Notes: generated from the letters alone by a model not told the origin. 64,000 nucleotides of DNA from an uncultured Planctomycetales bacterium (GCA_964489065.1 CAZAXH010000001.1:238592-302591); one strand, 5' to 3'. Shown: positions 9,560 through 20,453, counted from the first letter of the stretch. Numbers and translations: made by a program.

Positions 9560-9928
9560 TTATTGCTTCTTTCCGCCGACAAGCCCCTTACGGCCTTTTC
9601 TGGTACGGGCGTTTGTTTTTGTTCTCTGCCCACGGACCGGAAGTCCTTTCCGATGGCGAAGCCCGCGGTATGACCCCATATCCATATGACGACGGATGTT
9701 CTGCGTCACATCCCTCCGCAGGTCCCCTTCAACAAGGAAATTGTTTTGAATCACACTGGTCAAGCGAGCAATTTCTTCGTCAGTAAGATCTTTAGCCCGG
9801 CGACCATATTCAATATTAGCCTCATCCAGCGCTTTACGGGCGGTCGTTGGCCCGATCCCATACAAAAATGGCAGAGCCACATCTATTCTTTTTTCTCTGG
9901 GTATGTCCACACCTAATATTCTTGGCAT
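9560..9928 (-). CDS. rpsM: 30S ribosomal protein S13
   Basis: [26 protein letters not shown]. Confidence 0.9.
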   Translation of the reverse strand: MPRILGVDIPREKRIDVALPFLYGIGPTTARKALDEANIEYGRRAKDLTDEEIARLTSVIQNNFLVEGDLRRDVTQNIRRHMDMGSYRGLRHRKGLPVRGQRTKTNARTRKGRKGLVGGKKQ

Positions 9929-9979
9929 ATTCCGTTCCTCAAGCGATTAATAATAAAATCAAATCCTACCGACTCTTTA

Positions 9980-10093
9980 TTAACCCTGTCTTTGTTTATG
10001 TTTGGGATTAGAACAAATAACCCTCACGACATTTTTACGCCGCACAATTTTACAATTACTGCAAATTCTTCTGATTGACGATTTTACTTTCAT
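9980..10093 (-). CDS. rpmJ: 50S ribosomal protein L36 (37 aa); below the ORF-track size cutoff
   Basis: Manual translation: [37 protein letters not shown]. Its start overlaps the infA stop in TAATG. Confidence 0.8.
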   Translation of the reverse strand: MKVKSSIRRICSNCKIVRRKNVVRVICSNPKHKQRQG

Positions 10094-10311
10094 TATTTAC
10101 ACCTATAAGTAATTCTGCCCCGTGTCAAATCATAGGGCGAGAGTTCCAGCTTCACCCGGTCTCCCGGAAGGATCCGGATAAAGTGCATCCGGATTTTTCC
10201 AGAGATATGCGCCTGGACTTCGTGGCCGTTATCCAACTTCACCCGGAAAAGCGCATTGGGCAACGCCTCTACGATAACTCCTTCTACCTCAATTAAATCT
10301 TCCTTGGCCAT
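10093..10311 (-). CDS. infA: Translation initiation factor IF-1
   Basis: 72 aa; [32 protein letters not shown]. Confidence 0.9.
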   Translation of the reverse strand: MAKEDLIEVEGVIVEALPNALFRVKLDNGHEVQAHISGKIRMHFIRILPGDRVKLELSPYDLTRGRITYRCK

Positions 10312-10323
10312 GGAATACGTTCT

Positions 10324-11085
10324 CTAAATGGCTGTTAGGATCCGAGGACCATCTTGTGCCACCGCAATGGTATGTTCAAAATGCGCAGAAGGTTTACCAT
10401 CGAGTGTTTCCACGGTCCAGCCATCATCTAAAATTTTTGTCTGCCAAGCCCCCATATTCACCATCGGCTCAATAGCCAAAACCATTCCGGTCTCTAAGAC
10501 CGGGCCTTGATGCGGAGGGCCGAAGTTTGGGATTTCAGGTTCTTCATGCAAATTCCGTCCAATGCCGTGACCAACGAAATCACGCACCACTGAATATCCT
10601 TTTGACTCAACAAAATTCTGAATCGCGTTCGATATATCTGAAAGATGATTATTCACCCGGGCTTGGGCGATTCCAATCTGAAGAGCCCTTTCCGTCACCT
10701 GCAATAAATTATTCAATTCCGGGGAAATACTCCCCACACCTACCGTAACGGCCGTGTCAGAAAAAAAACCATTATGAATGATCCCGATATCCAAGCTCAC
10801 GATATCGCCATCTCTGATCACTTTCGGCCCCGGGATGCCATGAACGACCTCTTCATTAATCGACACACACACACAAGCGGGATATCCGCGATACCCTTTG
10901 AACGCCGGCTTAACGTTTCTTTCTGCGATCAACTTTTCGCAAACGGCATCCACATCTTTTGTTGTCATTCCACATTTTAAAGAACGAAGTAAATCCTTAA
11001 CAATCTCGGCCAAAAGCCTGCCCGCCTGCGCACAAGCTTCAACCTCTTCTGGCGATTTTATCTTTATTTGATGTCTCTGATTCAT
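10324..11085 (-). CDS. map: Methionine aminopeptidase type I
   Basis: 253 aa with a conserved metal-binding fold signature. Confidence 0.9.
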   Translation of the reverse strand: MNQRHQIKIKSPEEVEACAQAGRLLAEIVKDLLRSLKCGMTTKDVDAVCEKLIAERNVKPAFKGYRGYPACVCVSINEEVVHGIPGPKVIRDGDIVSLDIGIIHNGFFSDTAVTVGVGSISPELNNLLQVTERALQIGIAQARVNNHLSDISNAIQNFVESKGYSVVRDFVGHGIGRNLHEEPEIPNFGPPHQGPVLETGMVLAIEPMVNMGAWQTKILDDGWTVETLDGKPSAHFEHTIAVAQDGPRILTAI

Positions 11086-11725
11086 TCAAAATATCGCTTA
11101 ACTCATTTAACAATTCCGCTGTTTTCTTTTCGGCGTTAAATGTATGCAACTTCCTTTGGTTCAAATAATAATCCACAATCGGCTTGGTGCTTTCCTTGTA
11201 AACCTTCATGCGGTTTGTAATGGTCTCTTCATTGTCATCAGGCCGCTGATATAATTCCCCGCCACAATGATCGCACACGCCTGCCTTTTTAGGCGGCATG
11301 TTCACCGTGTGATAAATCGCATTGCACTTCCGGCACAACCGCCGCCCCGTGAGCCTCGGCAGAATGACCGGAAGCCCCGCTTCCATATAAACAACCAAAT
11401 CTATCGGCTGTTGAATGTGATCAAGAATCCGGTCCAGGGATTCGGCTTGCGCCGTTGTCCGAGGGAACCCATCCAGTAAGTATCCATGTTCCGTCACGTC
11501 CTGCTGCCCTAAGCGCTCCTCCATAATTTCAATGATCAGGTCATCGGGGACCAAACCACCACTTTCAACATAACTCTTCACGCGCCGCCCTAAATCCGAG
11601 CCGCTCTTCATCGCCTCGCGCAATATATCGCCGGTGGAAATATGCACCAACTCGAAAGATTCTTTAATCATGCCGGCAAAAGTCCCTTTCCCGGCACCGG
11701 GAGGCCCGAGTAACACCAAATTCAT
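11039..11725 (-). CDS. adk: Adenylate kinase (zinc-lid form, C-terminally extended)
   Basis: GPPGAGKGT P-loop and CRKC...CDHC lid. The 3' end overlaps map by 47 nt. Confidence 0.9.
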   Translation of the reverse strand: MNLVLLGPPGAGKGTFAGMIKESFELVHISTGDILREAMKSGSDLGRRVKSYVESGGLVPDDLIIEIMEERLGQQDVTEHGYLLDGFPRTTAQAESLDRILDHIQQPIDLVVYMEAGLPVILPRLTGRRLCRKCNAIYHTVNMPPKKAGVCDHCGGELYQRPDDNEETITNRMKVYKESTKPIVDYYLNQRKLHTFNAEKKTAELLNELSDILNESETSNKDKIARRG

Positions 11726-13062
11726 CGTCGCCCCCTTAGCTGCCCTGACTTCATAAACCCATCGTAATGCCGCATCAACAAATGCGACTCAATCTGTTTC
11801 ATCGTGTCCAGCATAACCCCAACGGTAATAAGGACACCCGTCCCGCCGAAAAATGACGCCACAAGATACGGGACCCGGAAAGAAGCCATGATCGCATCAG
11901 GCATAACCGCAATAGCGCAAATAAAAAACGCTCCGGCCAAGGTAATCCGCTCCAAGACAAACTCCAAATAATTAGCCGTTTGAATTCCCGGACGAACGCC
12001 CGGGATAAAACCGCCATGTTTTTTAAGGTTTTCAGCAACATCAATCGGGTTAAACACGATGGCCGTATAAAAATAGCAGAAGAAAATGATCAACAGTCCA
12101 TATAAAGCATAATAAAACACATGCCCTCTCTGCATAAAAGACGCGAAACTCTGAAAGCCCTGCGAGGGGATAAAACTGGCCAGCGTCGCAGGAAAAAGAA
12201 TAATCGATTGAGCGAAAATGATCGCGATAATCCCGGAAGTATCCACCTTTAAAGGAAGGTAGGTGCTCTGGCCCCCATACACTTTCCGGCCGACAATTCG
12301 CCTGGCATATTGAACCGGTATTTTCCTCTGGGCCTGGGTGATCAGAGTAATCGCCACCACAACCGCCACCAAAAATATCAGCATCATGACTAGGGTTAAC
12401 GGCTGCAACTGAGCGGCTCCTACGGTCTTGGCGCTCATTAACAACACCAAAGTTTGGATGGCCTGCGGTGCGGAAGAAACAATCCCGGCGGTGATGATAA
12501 GCGATATGCCCTGCCCGATTCCCCGTTCCTGAATCTGCTCTCCGAGCCACATGAGCAACAATGTTCCGCACGTTAACGTCAAAACCGTTGAAATACGGAA
12601 CGCCCAGCCAGGATGATTCACTATATTAACGTCACCGAACCCCTTCTCCATCCACAGCGCGATAAAAAAAGACTGCACCAGGCATAACAATAAAGTTCCA
12701 TAGCGGGTGTACTGATTAATTTTATGATACCCGGCCTGTCCTTCCTTAGACAATTTCTCAAGGGCAGGGACAACCGCCGTCAAAAGCTGCATAATAATCG
12801 AACTGGAGATATACGGCATAATCCCCAGGGCAAATACGGTCATCTTGGCGATGGCCCCACCGGAAAACATATTAATAACACCAAAAATCGAGCCGGCATT
12901 CGACGTGCTCAACCTCATGAAATATTCAGTCAATACAGCCCCATTTACCCCGGGAGTAGGGATAAAACATCCCACCCGGTACAGGGCAATGATACCCAAT
13001 GTAATCAGAATGCGTTTTCTTAAATCTGGGATTTTAAAACAATTGGCAAATCCGGATATCAT
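11722..13062 (-). CDS. secY: Preprotein translocase SecY
   Basis: 446 aa, 10-TM profile. Confidence 0.9.
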   Translation of the reverse strand: MISGFANCFKIPDLRKRILITLGIIALYRVGCFIPTPGVNGAVLTEYFMRLSTSNAGSIFGVINMFSGGAIAKMTVFALGIMPYISSSIIMQLLTAVVPALEKLSKEGQAGYHKINQYTRYGTLLLCLVQSFFIALWMEKGFGDVNIVNHPGWAFRISTVLTLTCGTLLLMWLGEQIQERGIGQGISLIITAGIVSSAPQAIQTLVLLMSAKTVGAAQLQPLTLVMMLIFLVAVVVAITLITQAQRKIPVQYARRIVGRKVYGGQSTYLPLKVDTSGIIAIIFAQSIILFPATLASFIPSQGFQSFASFMQRGHVFYYALYGLLIIFFCYFYTAIVFNPIDVAENLKKHGGFIPGVRPGIQTANYLEFVLERITLAGAFFICAIAVMPDAIMASFRVPYLVASFFGGTGVLITVGVMLDTMKQIESHLLMRHYDGFMKSGQLRGRR

Positions 13063-13072
13063 AGGAAGTGGT

Positions 13073-13543
13073 CTATTTATGTTTTTCCTTCAGAAAATTT
13101 TTATCAATAATTTTTATCTGCCCGCCGGCGTTCTTGATAATTTCTTCCGCCCGTTTCGAGAAACTATATGCCTCAATCTGAAAAGCGTGTTTAAGGTCAG
13201 AATTCCCGACGACTTTGTATGGCTTAAACATACTTTTAATAAAGCCTCTTTCCATTAAAGTAGCGGCATCCAGATTCCCTCCCGTACCCAAAGCAGCCAA
13301 TTGTTCTAAAGAAACCAGTTTATATAAAACCGGCCGTCGGCTTCGGAATCCCACTTTAGGAAGCCTCCGGATCAGCCGCATCTGTCCACCCTCTAATTGT
13401 TTTTGAATACCCCGGCCGGACCGGGAGTTCTGTCCGGTCTGCCCACGGCAAGAAGTTTTTCCGTGTCCGGAACCATTCCCGCGCCCCACAATTTTACGTC
13501 TTTTTTTTGCGCCTTTAGCCGGTTTTAAATCATGAACTTGCAT
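13073..13543 (-). CDS. rplO: 50S ribosomal protein L15
   Basis: [15 protein letters not shown]. Confidence 0.9.
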   Translation of the reverse strand: MQVHDLKPAKGAKKRRKIVGRGNGSGHGKTSCRGQTGQNSRSGRGIQKQLEGGQMRLIRRLPKVGFRSRRPVLYKLVSLEQLAALGTGGNLDAATLMERGFIKSMFKPYKVVGNSDLKHAFQIEAYSFSKRAEEIIKNAGGQIKIIDKNFLKEKHK

Positions 13544-14192
13544 TGGTCTGCACCTGTTCCAATTCTTTATATTGTTTGAATTTCATCCGGGTCAGCCCGT
13601 CCATCGTTGCCTTGACAACGTTTATCGGATTATTGCTGCGGTGGCATTTCGTCAAAATATTGTGAATCCCTGCCCCTTCACACACAGCCCGGACCGGACC
13701 GGCCGCGATAACCCCGGTTCCTTCAGAAGCCGGTTTCAACAAAACTTCCGCCCCCCCGCAGACCCCGATAATTTCATGAGGGATCGTGGTCCCTTTAAGG
13801 GGAATCTTCACCATACTCTTTTTTGCCCGCATAAGCGCCTTGCGGATCGCAATAGCCACTTCCCCGGCCTTCGCCAAATTATACCCAACGTTGCCTTTCA
13901 TATCCCCGACAACGACCAAAGCGCTGAATGACAATTTCTTGCCGCCTTTGGTCACCTTGGTCACGCGTTTGATGGAAAGGACTTTTTCCATAAAATCCGA
14001 CGGTTCGGCAACGAATTTTTTCTGAGCCGCCCGATCGCTTCCACCCTGTTTGGAAGAAGAACGATCGCGCCTCTTACCAGGAGCTCTCCCCTCGAATTCT
14101 TTAGAACTCTCTGCTCTGGAAGAAGCCACTTGTTCTTCTCTCTGTTCTTGCTGATTATTATGTTCATTATCCATAAATATCAATCTCCCCAA
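13530..14192 (-). CDS. rpsE: 30S ribosomal protein S5 with an acidic/Q-rich ~60-aa N-terminal extension
   Basis: The S5 core is [21 protein letters not shown]. There is no L30 gene between S5 and L15. Confidence 0.85.
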   Translation of the reverse strand: MGRLIFMDNEHNNQQEQREEQVASSRAESSKEFEGRAPGKRRDRSSSKQGGSDRAAQKKFVAEPSDFMEKVLSIKRVTKVTKGGKKLSFSALVVVGDMKGNVGYNLAKAGEVAIAIRKALMRAKKSMVKIPLKGTTIPHEIIGVCGGAEVLLKPASEGTGVIAAGPVRAVCEGAGIHNILTKCHRSNNPINVVKATMDGLTRMKFKQYKELEQVQTNASS

Positions 14193-14213
14193 ATAATTTG
14201 TGTTTTGGGCATG

Positions 14214-14585
14214 CTAGAAATCCAAACCACCTTTTCTGGCCGCTTCGGCAAAAGCTTTGACCCGTCCATGATAAACATAACCGCAGCGGTCAAAACAGAC
14301 CTGTTTAACTCCCTTAGCGACCAATTCAGCAGCGAAAGCTTCCCCAAGAACCGTAGCCGCCTGAATATTCCCTCCAGACTTAACCTTTTGCCTAAGCATC
14401 TGATTTTTTGTGGAAAGGCCCAAAAGCACCTTGCCGCTTGAATCGTCAATAACTTGAGCCGCAAAGTTCTTTAAACTCCGGTGCACACAAAGCCTCGGCC
14501 GATCCGGCGTTCCGACAACTCTTTTCCTGAGCCGGCTGTGCCGGGCAAGGCGTTTTGATTCTTTAATAACTTCTTTTCTTCCCAT
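14214..14585 (-). CDS. rplR: 50S ribosomal protein L18
   Basis: 123 aa; RPRLCVHRSLKNFAAQVIDD. Confidence 0.85.
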   Translation of the reverse strand: MGRKEVIKESKRLARHSRLRKRVVGTPDRPRLCVHRSLKNFAAQVIDDSSGKVLLGLSTKNQMLRQKVKSGGNIQAATVLGEAFAAELVAKGVKQVCFDRCGYVYHGRVKAFAEAARKGGLDF

Positions 14586-14592
14586 AGTTCAA

Positions 14593-15132
14593 CTACTTTG
14601 TTACAGATTTACCTTGTTTAGTTCTTACAATTTCACCTAAATAACGGATCCCTTTCCCCTTATAAGGTTCCGGCCGTTTTAAATCCCTGATCTTAGACGC
14701 AATCTGTCCCAGCAAAATTTTATTGATCCCCTCGAGAACTATGGACGTCGGCTTGGGAACAGCCACTTTAAGCTCTTTCGGGACAACAAACTCGACCGGA
14801 TGACTCAACCCCAAATTCAAAATAATGGTATTGCCCTGCAATTGCGCCCTATAACCAATACCCTGAATTTCCACCTCTTTTTTATGGCCTTTGGTCACTC
14901 CTGTGATCATATTCACCAGTAAAGCCCGAACCGTGCCGTGGTTCGCCCGCCCCTGCTTGGTATCATTCAGCCGGGTCACGACCAAATAATTATCCTTATG
15001 TTCAACTTTAATCCCATAGGGCGTACTTAGAGATATTTTTCCTTTAGGGCCTTCGAGGAGAACCTGCGTACCGTCAATAGCCACTTTCACTTCTTTGGGA
15101 ACAACAATTGGAATTTTACCTTTTCTTGACAT
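14593..15132 (-). CDS. rplF: 50S ribosomal protein L6
   Basis: 179 aa; MSRKGKIPIVVPKEVKV. Confidence 0.9.
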   Translation of the reverse strand: MSRKGKIPIVVPKEVKVAIDGTQVLLEGPKGKISLSTPYGIKVEHKDNYLVVTRLNDTKQGRANHGTVRALLVNMITGVTKGHKKEVEIQGIGYRAQLQGNTIILNLGLSHPVEFVVPKELKVAVPKPTSIVLEGINKILLGQIASKIRDLKRPEPYKGKGIRYLGEIVRTKQGKSVTK

Positions 15133-15138
15133 GTTTTT

Positions 15139-15540
15139 TTACCAGATGTAACAAAGTACCTCTCCCCCAACGCCTTGTCGTCGGGCTTCATGATCATCTA
15201 AAACCCCTTTGGACGTAGAAATAACCGCCGTCCCTAAACCGTTTAAAACCCGGGGCACTTTATTCCGCGGGGCGTAAACCCGCAGTCCGCTTTTAGAAAT
15301 TCTTTTGATCCCTATGATCGCAGATTTCTTCCCTTCATATTTTAAATACACCTTGAACGTCCCCTGAACATCATTTTTCATAAGCCGGCAATCTTCGATA
15401 TATCCCTGAGTCTTAAAAATCTCGAGGATCTTGCCCGTGAGCTTTGAGGCAGGGATATCCACAGTCAGCTTATGCGCCTGAATAGCGTTTCGGATACTTG
15501 TCAACATATTGGCAATTGGATCATTCAATGACATAATCAA
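15139..15540 (-). CDS. rpsH: 30S ribosomal protein S8
   Basis: 133 aa; DPIANMLTSIRNA. Confidence 0.9.
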   Translation of the reverse strand: MIMSLNDPIANMLTSIRNAIQAHKLTVDIPASKLTGKILEIFKTQGYIEDCRLMKNDVQGTFKVYLKYEGKKSAIIGIKRISKSGLRVYAPRNKVPRVLNGLGTAVISTSKGVLDDHEARRQGVGGEVLCYIW

Positions 15541-15572
15541 TTCCTTAATTAATAATTCACTTTATATAATAA

Positions 15573-15758
15573 TTACCAGCTGGCCTTCTTAATCCCGGGA
15601 ATTTCCCCTTTCCAAGCCAGTTCCCTAAAACAGATACGACAGGTCCCAAACCGGCGCAAATATCCTTTCGGTCGGCCACATAATATACAACGGTTATGCT
15701 GTTGGGTCGAAAACTTCGGTGTCTTTTTAGACTTGAGTATTAAGGCTTTTCTCGCCAT
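15573..15758 (-). CDS. rpsZ: 30S ribosomal protein S14 type Z (zinc-binding, 61 aa)
   Basis: [25 protein letters not shown]. Confidence 0.85.
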   Translation of the reverse strand: MARKALILKSKKTPKFSTQQHNRCILCGRPKGYLRRFGTCRICFRELAWKGEIPGIKKASW

Positions 15759-15789
15759 ATGAAATCATATCCTCTTATAAAATCTGTGA

Positions 15790-16335
15790 TTAACTCTTAC
15801 TGAAAGGCATCCCGAACAGACGCAACAATTCCATCGTCTGTTCCCGCGGCCCCCGATTAAATACAAAACATATATCCATTCCCTGACTCCGCGTGATACG
15901 GCCCACGTCGATTTCCGGGAAAATAGCCTGATCGGCGATCCCCATGGAATAATTCCCGTCCCGATCAAAAGACTTTAGAGGAACCCCATTAAAGTCACGA
16001 ATTCTCGGCAAACACACATTCACAAACCGGTCAAGGAACTCATACATCTTGTGCCCTCTTAAAGTCACCTTGCAACCAATAGGCACTTTCGCTTTCAGCT
16101 TAAAATTGGAAATGGCTTTTTTGGAACGCCGGATAATCGGTTTTTGTCCCGTGATTTTTTCCATGTCCTGCATAGCCGCCTCCAGAATTTTAATATCCTG
16201 AATCGCTTCCCCAACGCCCATATTAAGGACAATTTTTTCCAGCCTGGGGACAGCCAACTGGTTTGACACGTCAAAAGCCTTCTGCATTTGCGGAATAATC
16301 TCTTCTTTATATTTTACCAGCAATCTTGGAACCAC
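15790..16335 (-). CDS. rplE: 50S ribosomal protein L5
   Basis: 181 aa, at the conserved position in the spc operon. Confidence 0.9.
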   Translation of the reverse strand: MVPRLLVKYKEEIIPQMQKAFDVSNQLAVPRLEKIVLNMGVGEAIQDIKILEAAMQDMEKITGQKPIIRRSKKAISNFKLKAKVPIGCKVTLRGHKMYEFLDRFVNVCLPRIRDFNGVPLKSFDRDGNYSMGIADQAIFPEIDVGRITRSQGMDICFVFNRGPREQTMELLRLFGMPFSKS

Positions 16336-16360
16336 GTTCGTATCCCCTTGTAATCAAAAA

Positions 16361-16672
16361 TTATATGACTTCTCCGCTCACTTTTGCGATTCTGACCTTA
16401 GAACCGTCTTTTAAAACCGAAACGCCAAAACGCGTTCGTTTATTCGTCTTTTTATCTACAAGCATCACATTGGAAATATGCAAAGGCATCTCCAACTCTA
16501 TAAATCCGCCTTTCTGATCCTGCTGAGTTTTGCGCTTGGCTTTTTTAACCAAATTAACCTTTTCAACAACAACTTTTTGACCACCAGGCAACACTCTTAA
16601 AACTTTTCCGGTTTTACCCTTATCCTTGCCTGCTATAACGATGACCTTATCATTTTTTTTAATTCGCAACAT
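16361..16672 (-). CDS. rplX: 50S ribosomal protein L24
   Basis: 103 aa, KOW motif. Confidence 0.85.
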   Translation of the reverse strand: MLRIKKNDKVIVIAGKDKGKTGKVLRVLPGGQKVVVEKVNLVKKAKRKTQQDQKGGFIELEMPLHISNVMLVDKKTNKRTRFGVSVLKDGSKVRIAKVSGEVI

Positions 16673-16673
16673 T

Positions 16674-17042
16674 TTATACTACCTCGGGAGCTAAAGAAAT
16701 AATTTTCATGAATTCCAAATTCCGCAACTCTCTGGCCACCGGGCCAAAAACACGCGTTCCTTTGGGGTTCCCGGCTTCATCAATAATAACTAAAGCGTTG
16801 TTATCAAACCGCACCGTTGTCCCGTCCGCTCTTTTAATGGGGAACTTTGTCCTCACCACAACAGCGGTCACGACAGTTCCTTTTTTAATCGCCGCGTCCG
16901 GAGCGGCCTCTTTAATATTGACCTTAATAACATCTCCAACCTGCGCCCATCGCCGGCCTTTACTGTTCAAAACTCCAATCATTGAAGCCCGGCGGGCTCC
17001 TGAGTTATCAGCGACAGTCAATATCGATTTCATATAAAGCAT
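16674..17042 (-). CDS. rplN: 50S ribosomal protein L14
   Basis: [10 protein letters not shown] core. The start is trimmed to the internal Met (MLYMKS), which has a GAGG RBS. The ORF track extends to 17087. Confidence 0.9.
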   Translation of the reverse strand: MLYMKSILTVADNSGARRASMIGVLNSKGRRWAQVGDVIKVNIKEAAPDAAIKKGTVVTAVVVRTKFPIKRADGTTVRFDNNALVIIDEAGNPKGTRVFGPVARELRNLEFMKIISLAPEVV

Positions 17043-17053
17043 GTCCGACCTCG

Positions 17054-17311
17054 TTAACTGGTTTTTAAAATTTCCATAATGACCCACCGCTTATCTTTGG
17101 ATAAAGGGCGGGTTTCCATAATCTTAACAACATCCCCAAGTTTGCTCGCATTTTTTTCATCATGCGCCTTATACTTTACGGCCTTACGCATCGTCTTCGT
17201 GTATTTTGAATGTTTATTAGACCAGCGTACCTGAACCACCCGTGTTTTGTTCATTTTATCGCTGACAACTTCTCCTGAAAGGAATTTCCTTCTGTTAGTC
17301 CTTGTTTCCAT
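17054..17311 (-). CDS. rpsQ: 30S ribosomal protein S17
   Basis: [14 protein letters not shown]. The likely start is METRTN. It overlaps the rpmC 3' end. Confidence 0.85.
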   Translation of the reverse strand: METRTNRRKFLSGEVVSDKMNKTRVVQVRWSNKHSKYTKTMRKAVKYKAHDEKNASKLGDVVKIMETRPLSKDKRWVIMEILKTS

Positions 17312-17498
17312 CGTTCTTCCTTTCATTCAGGATAGTTTGAATACGGGCAATATCTCTTTTAATCAGCTTGAACATAGATGGTCTTTCCACGCGGCCGATT
17401 TTACGCTGATATCTCAGGTCAAAAAGGTCTTTTTTTAAAGCCTTTTCTTTTTGCCCTAAATCTTCCTGGCTTAAATTTCTTAAATCTTTTGCTTTCAT
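17295..17498 (-). CDS. rpmC: 50S ribosomal protein L29
   Basis: 67 aa; MKAKDLRNLSQEDLGQKEKALKKDLFDLRYQ. Confidence 0.8.
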   Translation of the reverse strand: MKAKDLRNLSQEDLGQKEKALKKDLFDLRYQRKIGRVERPSMFKLIKRDIARIQTILNERKNDGNKD

Positions 17499-17544
17499 GC
17501 TATTTCCAAAATTAGGTTTTGAATTACATCAAAACGTGTTAATA

Positions 17545-17967
17545 TTAATGACCTTGCGTCGCCCGGGTCACAAACCTCGTTTTTACCGGCAATTTAAAGG
17601 CAACCAAACGCAAAACGATTTTAGCAAAATCTTCCGGAATCCCGCCCAATTCAAAAATCACGCGTCCTCTTTGGATCGGGCAGACCCAATGATCGAGGTC
17701 CCCCTTCCCCTTGCCCATACGCGTTTCCGCAGGTTTTTTGGTCACGGGTTTGCGGGGAAAAACATTAACCCACATTTTTCCGGCCCCACGGAGTTTTCTA
17801 ACCATAACGAGACGGCAGGCTTCCAAGTGCTGCGCTTTCACAATCCCGTTCTCAATCGCCTTAATTCCATATTCCCCAAACCGCAAATTACTGCCCCGGC
17901 AAACAATCCCGCGGTTTTTCCTCTTTTGTGATTTACGGTATTTTACTTTCCTTGGCATTAACAACAT
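17545..17967 (-). CDS. rplP: 50S ribosomal protein L16
   Basis: MPRKVKYRKSQKRKNRG. Confidence 0.9.
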   Translation of the reverse strand: MLLMPRKVKYRKSQKRKNRGIVCRGSNLRFGEYGIKAIENGIVKAQHLEACRLVMVRKLRGAGKMWVNVFPRKPVTKKPAETRMGKGKGDLDHWVCPIQRGRVIFELGGIPEDFAKIVLRLVAFKLPVKTRFVTRATQGH

Positions 17968-17981
17968 AATAAAAAACTCCT

Positions 17982-18653
17982 TTAAGCGATCTTCGGCTCA
18001 GAAGCTTTGCCCCGCCTCTTCTCCCGGATAATTTCCCCTTTATAAATCCAGACTTTCACGCCGATCACCCCATACGTCGTGTGGGCTTCCGCGAAACCAA
18101 AATCAACATCCGCGCGAAGAGTCTGCAACGGGATAGACCCTTCATGATATTTTTCCGTCCTCGCCATTTCCGCTCCGCCCAAGCGCCCGGAAACCTTAGC
18201 TTTAATCCCCAAAGCCCCTGCTTGGCAGGACTGATCAATGGCTCTTTTGACCGCCCGGCGAAACGCCACGCGTTTTTCCAGTTGAAACGCGATATTCTGC
18301 GCGACAAGGCGGGATTCCAGAAACGGGTTTTTGATTTCAATAATATCGATAGCCACCTCGCTGGCCGTGATCTTGGCCAAGTCTTCCTTCAATTTATCAA
18401 TATCCGCTCCCCGGCGACCGATAATGATTCCGGGCCTGGCCGAAGCGATCTTAATCTTCACTTGATCTGCGGCCAAACGCTCAATCACAATATAAGACAC
18501 CGCCGCATGAATAAATTTATTCTGGATGTACTTCCTGATTTTAAAATCCTCGACCACGTTCTGGGCGTATTTTTTACGGTCAGCGTACCAAAGGCTACGC
18601 CAGTTTCTCGTGACTCCTATGCGCTGAATGTATGGATGTACCTTTTGTCCCAC
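17982..18653 (-). CDS. rpsC: 30S ribosomal protein S3
   Basis: 223 aa; MGQKVHPYIQRIGVTRNW. Confidence 0.9.
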   Translation of the reverse strand: MGQKVHPYIQRIGVTRNWRSLWYADRKKYAQNVVEDFKIRKYIQNKFIHAAVSYIVIERLAADQVKIKIASARPGIIIGRRGADIDKLKEDLAKITASEVAIDIIEIKNPFLESRLVAQNIAFQLEKRVAFRRAVKRAIDQSCQAGALGIKAKVSGRLGGAEMARTEKYHEGSIPLQTLRADVDFGFAEAHTTYGVIGVKVWIYKGEIIREKRRGKASEPKIA

Positions 18654-18666
18654 TCTACGATATCTC

Positions 18667-19002
18667 CTATTTAGTAATAAGATCCAGTTCTATGGTTAAA
18701 TGTGACGTTCTTTTCAAAATGGGAGTCGCCCGGCCGAACGTGGCGGCCCGGTAACGTTTCCACATCGGCCCCTGATCAGCCGTGATTTTGGAAATGTACA
18801 GCTGGCTCTCCGTCAATCCTTTTTGTTTAGCGTTGCTCACCGCTGAATTCAAGATTTTCGCGATCGCTTCTGTGACTCTTTTATCCGTCTGCTTCAGCAG
18901 GGCCAAGGACGTCAGGACATCCTTCCCGCGAATCAAGGCCATCACCTGATTGGCCTTGCTGGACGGAACTCTAACATATCGACATCGTGCTTTTGCAATC
19001 AT
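18667..19002 (-). CDS. rplV: 50S ribosomal protein L22
   Basis: 111 aa, at the conserved position. Confidence 0.85.
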   Translation of the reverse strand: MIAKARCRYVRVPSSKANQVMALIRGKDVLTSLALLKQTDKRVTEAIAKILNSAVSNAKQKGLTESQLYISKITADQGPMWKRYRAATFGRATPILKRTSHLTIELDLITK

Positions 19003-19028
19003 TTCTCGTTCTTTTTTAAAATCAAGGT

Positions 19029-19316
19029 TTACGTTTTATCGGGTGCTTTCTTTGCTTTAACCCCACCATGTTTCCGAAACGTCCGGGTGGGTACAAAATC
19101 CCCGAATTTATACCCGACCATATTCTCCGTAATAAAAATCGGCTCATGTTTACGGCCGCTGTGCACTGCGACAGTAAATCCGACGAACTCCGGAGTAATC
19201 GTGGACCGCCGTGACCATGTCTTAATCGGTTGCCGCTGTCCGGTTTCAACCATCCGTCTAAGCTTTTTTTCCAAATCTTCGGCCACAAACGGGCCCTTTT
19301 TTATTGACCTAGGCAT
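19029..19316 (-). CDS. rpsS: 30S ribosomal protein S19
   Basis: [15 protein letters not shown]. The start is trimmed from the ORF track's 19340. Confidence 0.9.
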   Translation of the reverse strand: MPRSIKKGPFVAEDLEKKLRRMVETGQRQPIKTWSRRSTITPEFVGFTVAVHSGRKHEPIFITENMVGYKFGDFVPTRTFRKHGGVKAKKAPDKT

Positions 19317-19317
19317 G

Positions 19318-20154
19318 TCACTTTGTCCTTCGCTTAACAATGAATCGATCAGAATATTTTTTTAACTTTCTCGTTTTCAGCCCCTTGGTGGCTTTACCCC
19401 ACGGCGTAACCGGATGTGGGTTCCCCTGAGGGGCCTTCCCTTCGCCTCCCCCGTGAGGATGGTCGATAGGGTTCATGGCGACCCCGCGGACATGTCCCCG
19501 ACGACCTAACCAACGGTTGCGGCCGGCCTTCCCGATCGAACGGCTTTCATGCTCCACGTTCCCAAGCTGACCAACCGTTGCCCGGCATTTACCGCGCACT
19601 TTGCGGACTTCACTGGAGGGAAGCCTCAAAAGGACAAAATCCCCTTCCTTCGCAATAAGTTGAGCCGATGTCCCGGCTGAACGGACAATCTGCCCGCCCT
19701 GCCCGGGAGACAACTCGACATTGTGAACAGCGGTTCCCAAGGGGATATTAAACAATGGAAAACAATTCCCCGCCTTGATATCCGCGCTCCCCTCTTTCAC
19801 GCTGATCACATTATCACCCACCCGCAAGTCCAAAGGAGCCAAAATATATGATTTCGATTTGTCCGGATATTGGATTAACGCAATCCGTACCGACCGGTTA
19901 GGGTCATACTCTATGGCTAAAACTTCGGCTGGTTCGTCAACCCGCTGACGTTTAAAATCTACTAAACGATACATCCGTTTATGCCCGCCGCCCCGGAATC
20001 GCACTGTGACCCGGCCAAACATATTCCGACCGCCTGTTTTCTTTAAAGGGCGCAACAAAGCTTTCTCCGGCGTGGATTTCGTAATGTCGGAAAAATCCGA
20101 AAGCGCGGTATGCCGCAGGCCGTTTGTTATTGGTTTATAGCGTTTAATACCCAC
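19318..20154 (-). CDS. rplB: 50S ribosomal protein L2
   Basis: 278 aa; GGGHKRMYR and HPHGGGEGK motifs. Confidence 0.9.
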   Translation of the reverse strand: MGIKRYKPITNGLRHTALSDFSDITKSTPEKALLRPLKKTGGRNMFGRVTVRFRGGGHKRMYRLVDFKRQRVDEPAEVLAIEYDPNRSVRIALIQYPDKSKSYILAPLDLRVGDNVISVKEGSADIKAGNCFPLFNIPLGTAVHNVELSPGQGGQIVRSAGTSAQLIAKEGDFVLLRLPSSEVRKVRGKCRATVGQLGNVEHESRSIGKAGRNRWLGRRGHVRGVAMNPIDHPHGGGEGKAPQGNPHPVTPWGKATKGLKTRKLKKYSDRFIVKRRTK

Positions 20155-20172
20155 TGATGTTCCCTCTCTTCA

Positions 20173-20451
20173 TTATGTTACGTCGATTTTAAATCCTTGT
20201 TGAAGCGTCACAATGGCTTTCTTCCATTGTGACGTATAGCCGAACTGCTGCCGGACCCGCTTACGTTTTGCCGGCATGATGACCGTATTGACCGTCGCCA
20301 CTTTCACTTTGTAAATATCTTCCACGGCTTTCTGGATTTCAATTTTATTAGCGTCCAGCGCAACCTGAAAAAGATATTTACCCTGCGGCTCCAAGGTCGA
20401 CCCTTTTTCGGTTCTTATCAAAGACTGGACAATATCATAACTTGTAATCAT
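20173..20451 (-). CDS. rplW: 50S ribosomal protein L23
   Basis: 92 aa, at the conserved position. Confidence 0.85.
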   Translation of the reverse strand: MITSYDIVQSLIRTEKGSTLEPQGKYLFQVALDANKIEIQKAVEDIYKVKVATVNTVIMPAKRKRVRQQFGYTSQWKKAIVTLQQGFKIDVT

Positions 20452-20453
20452 TT

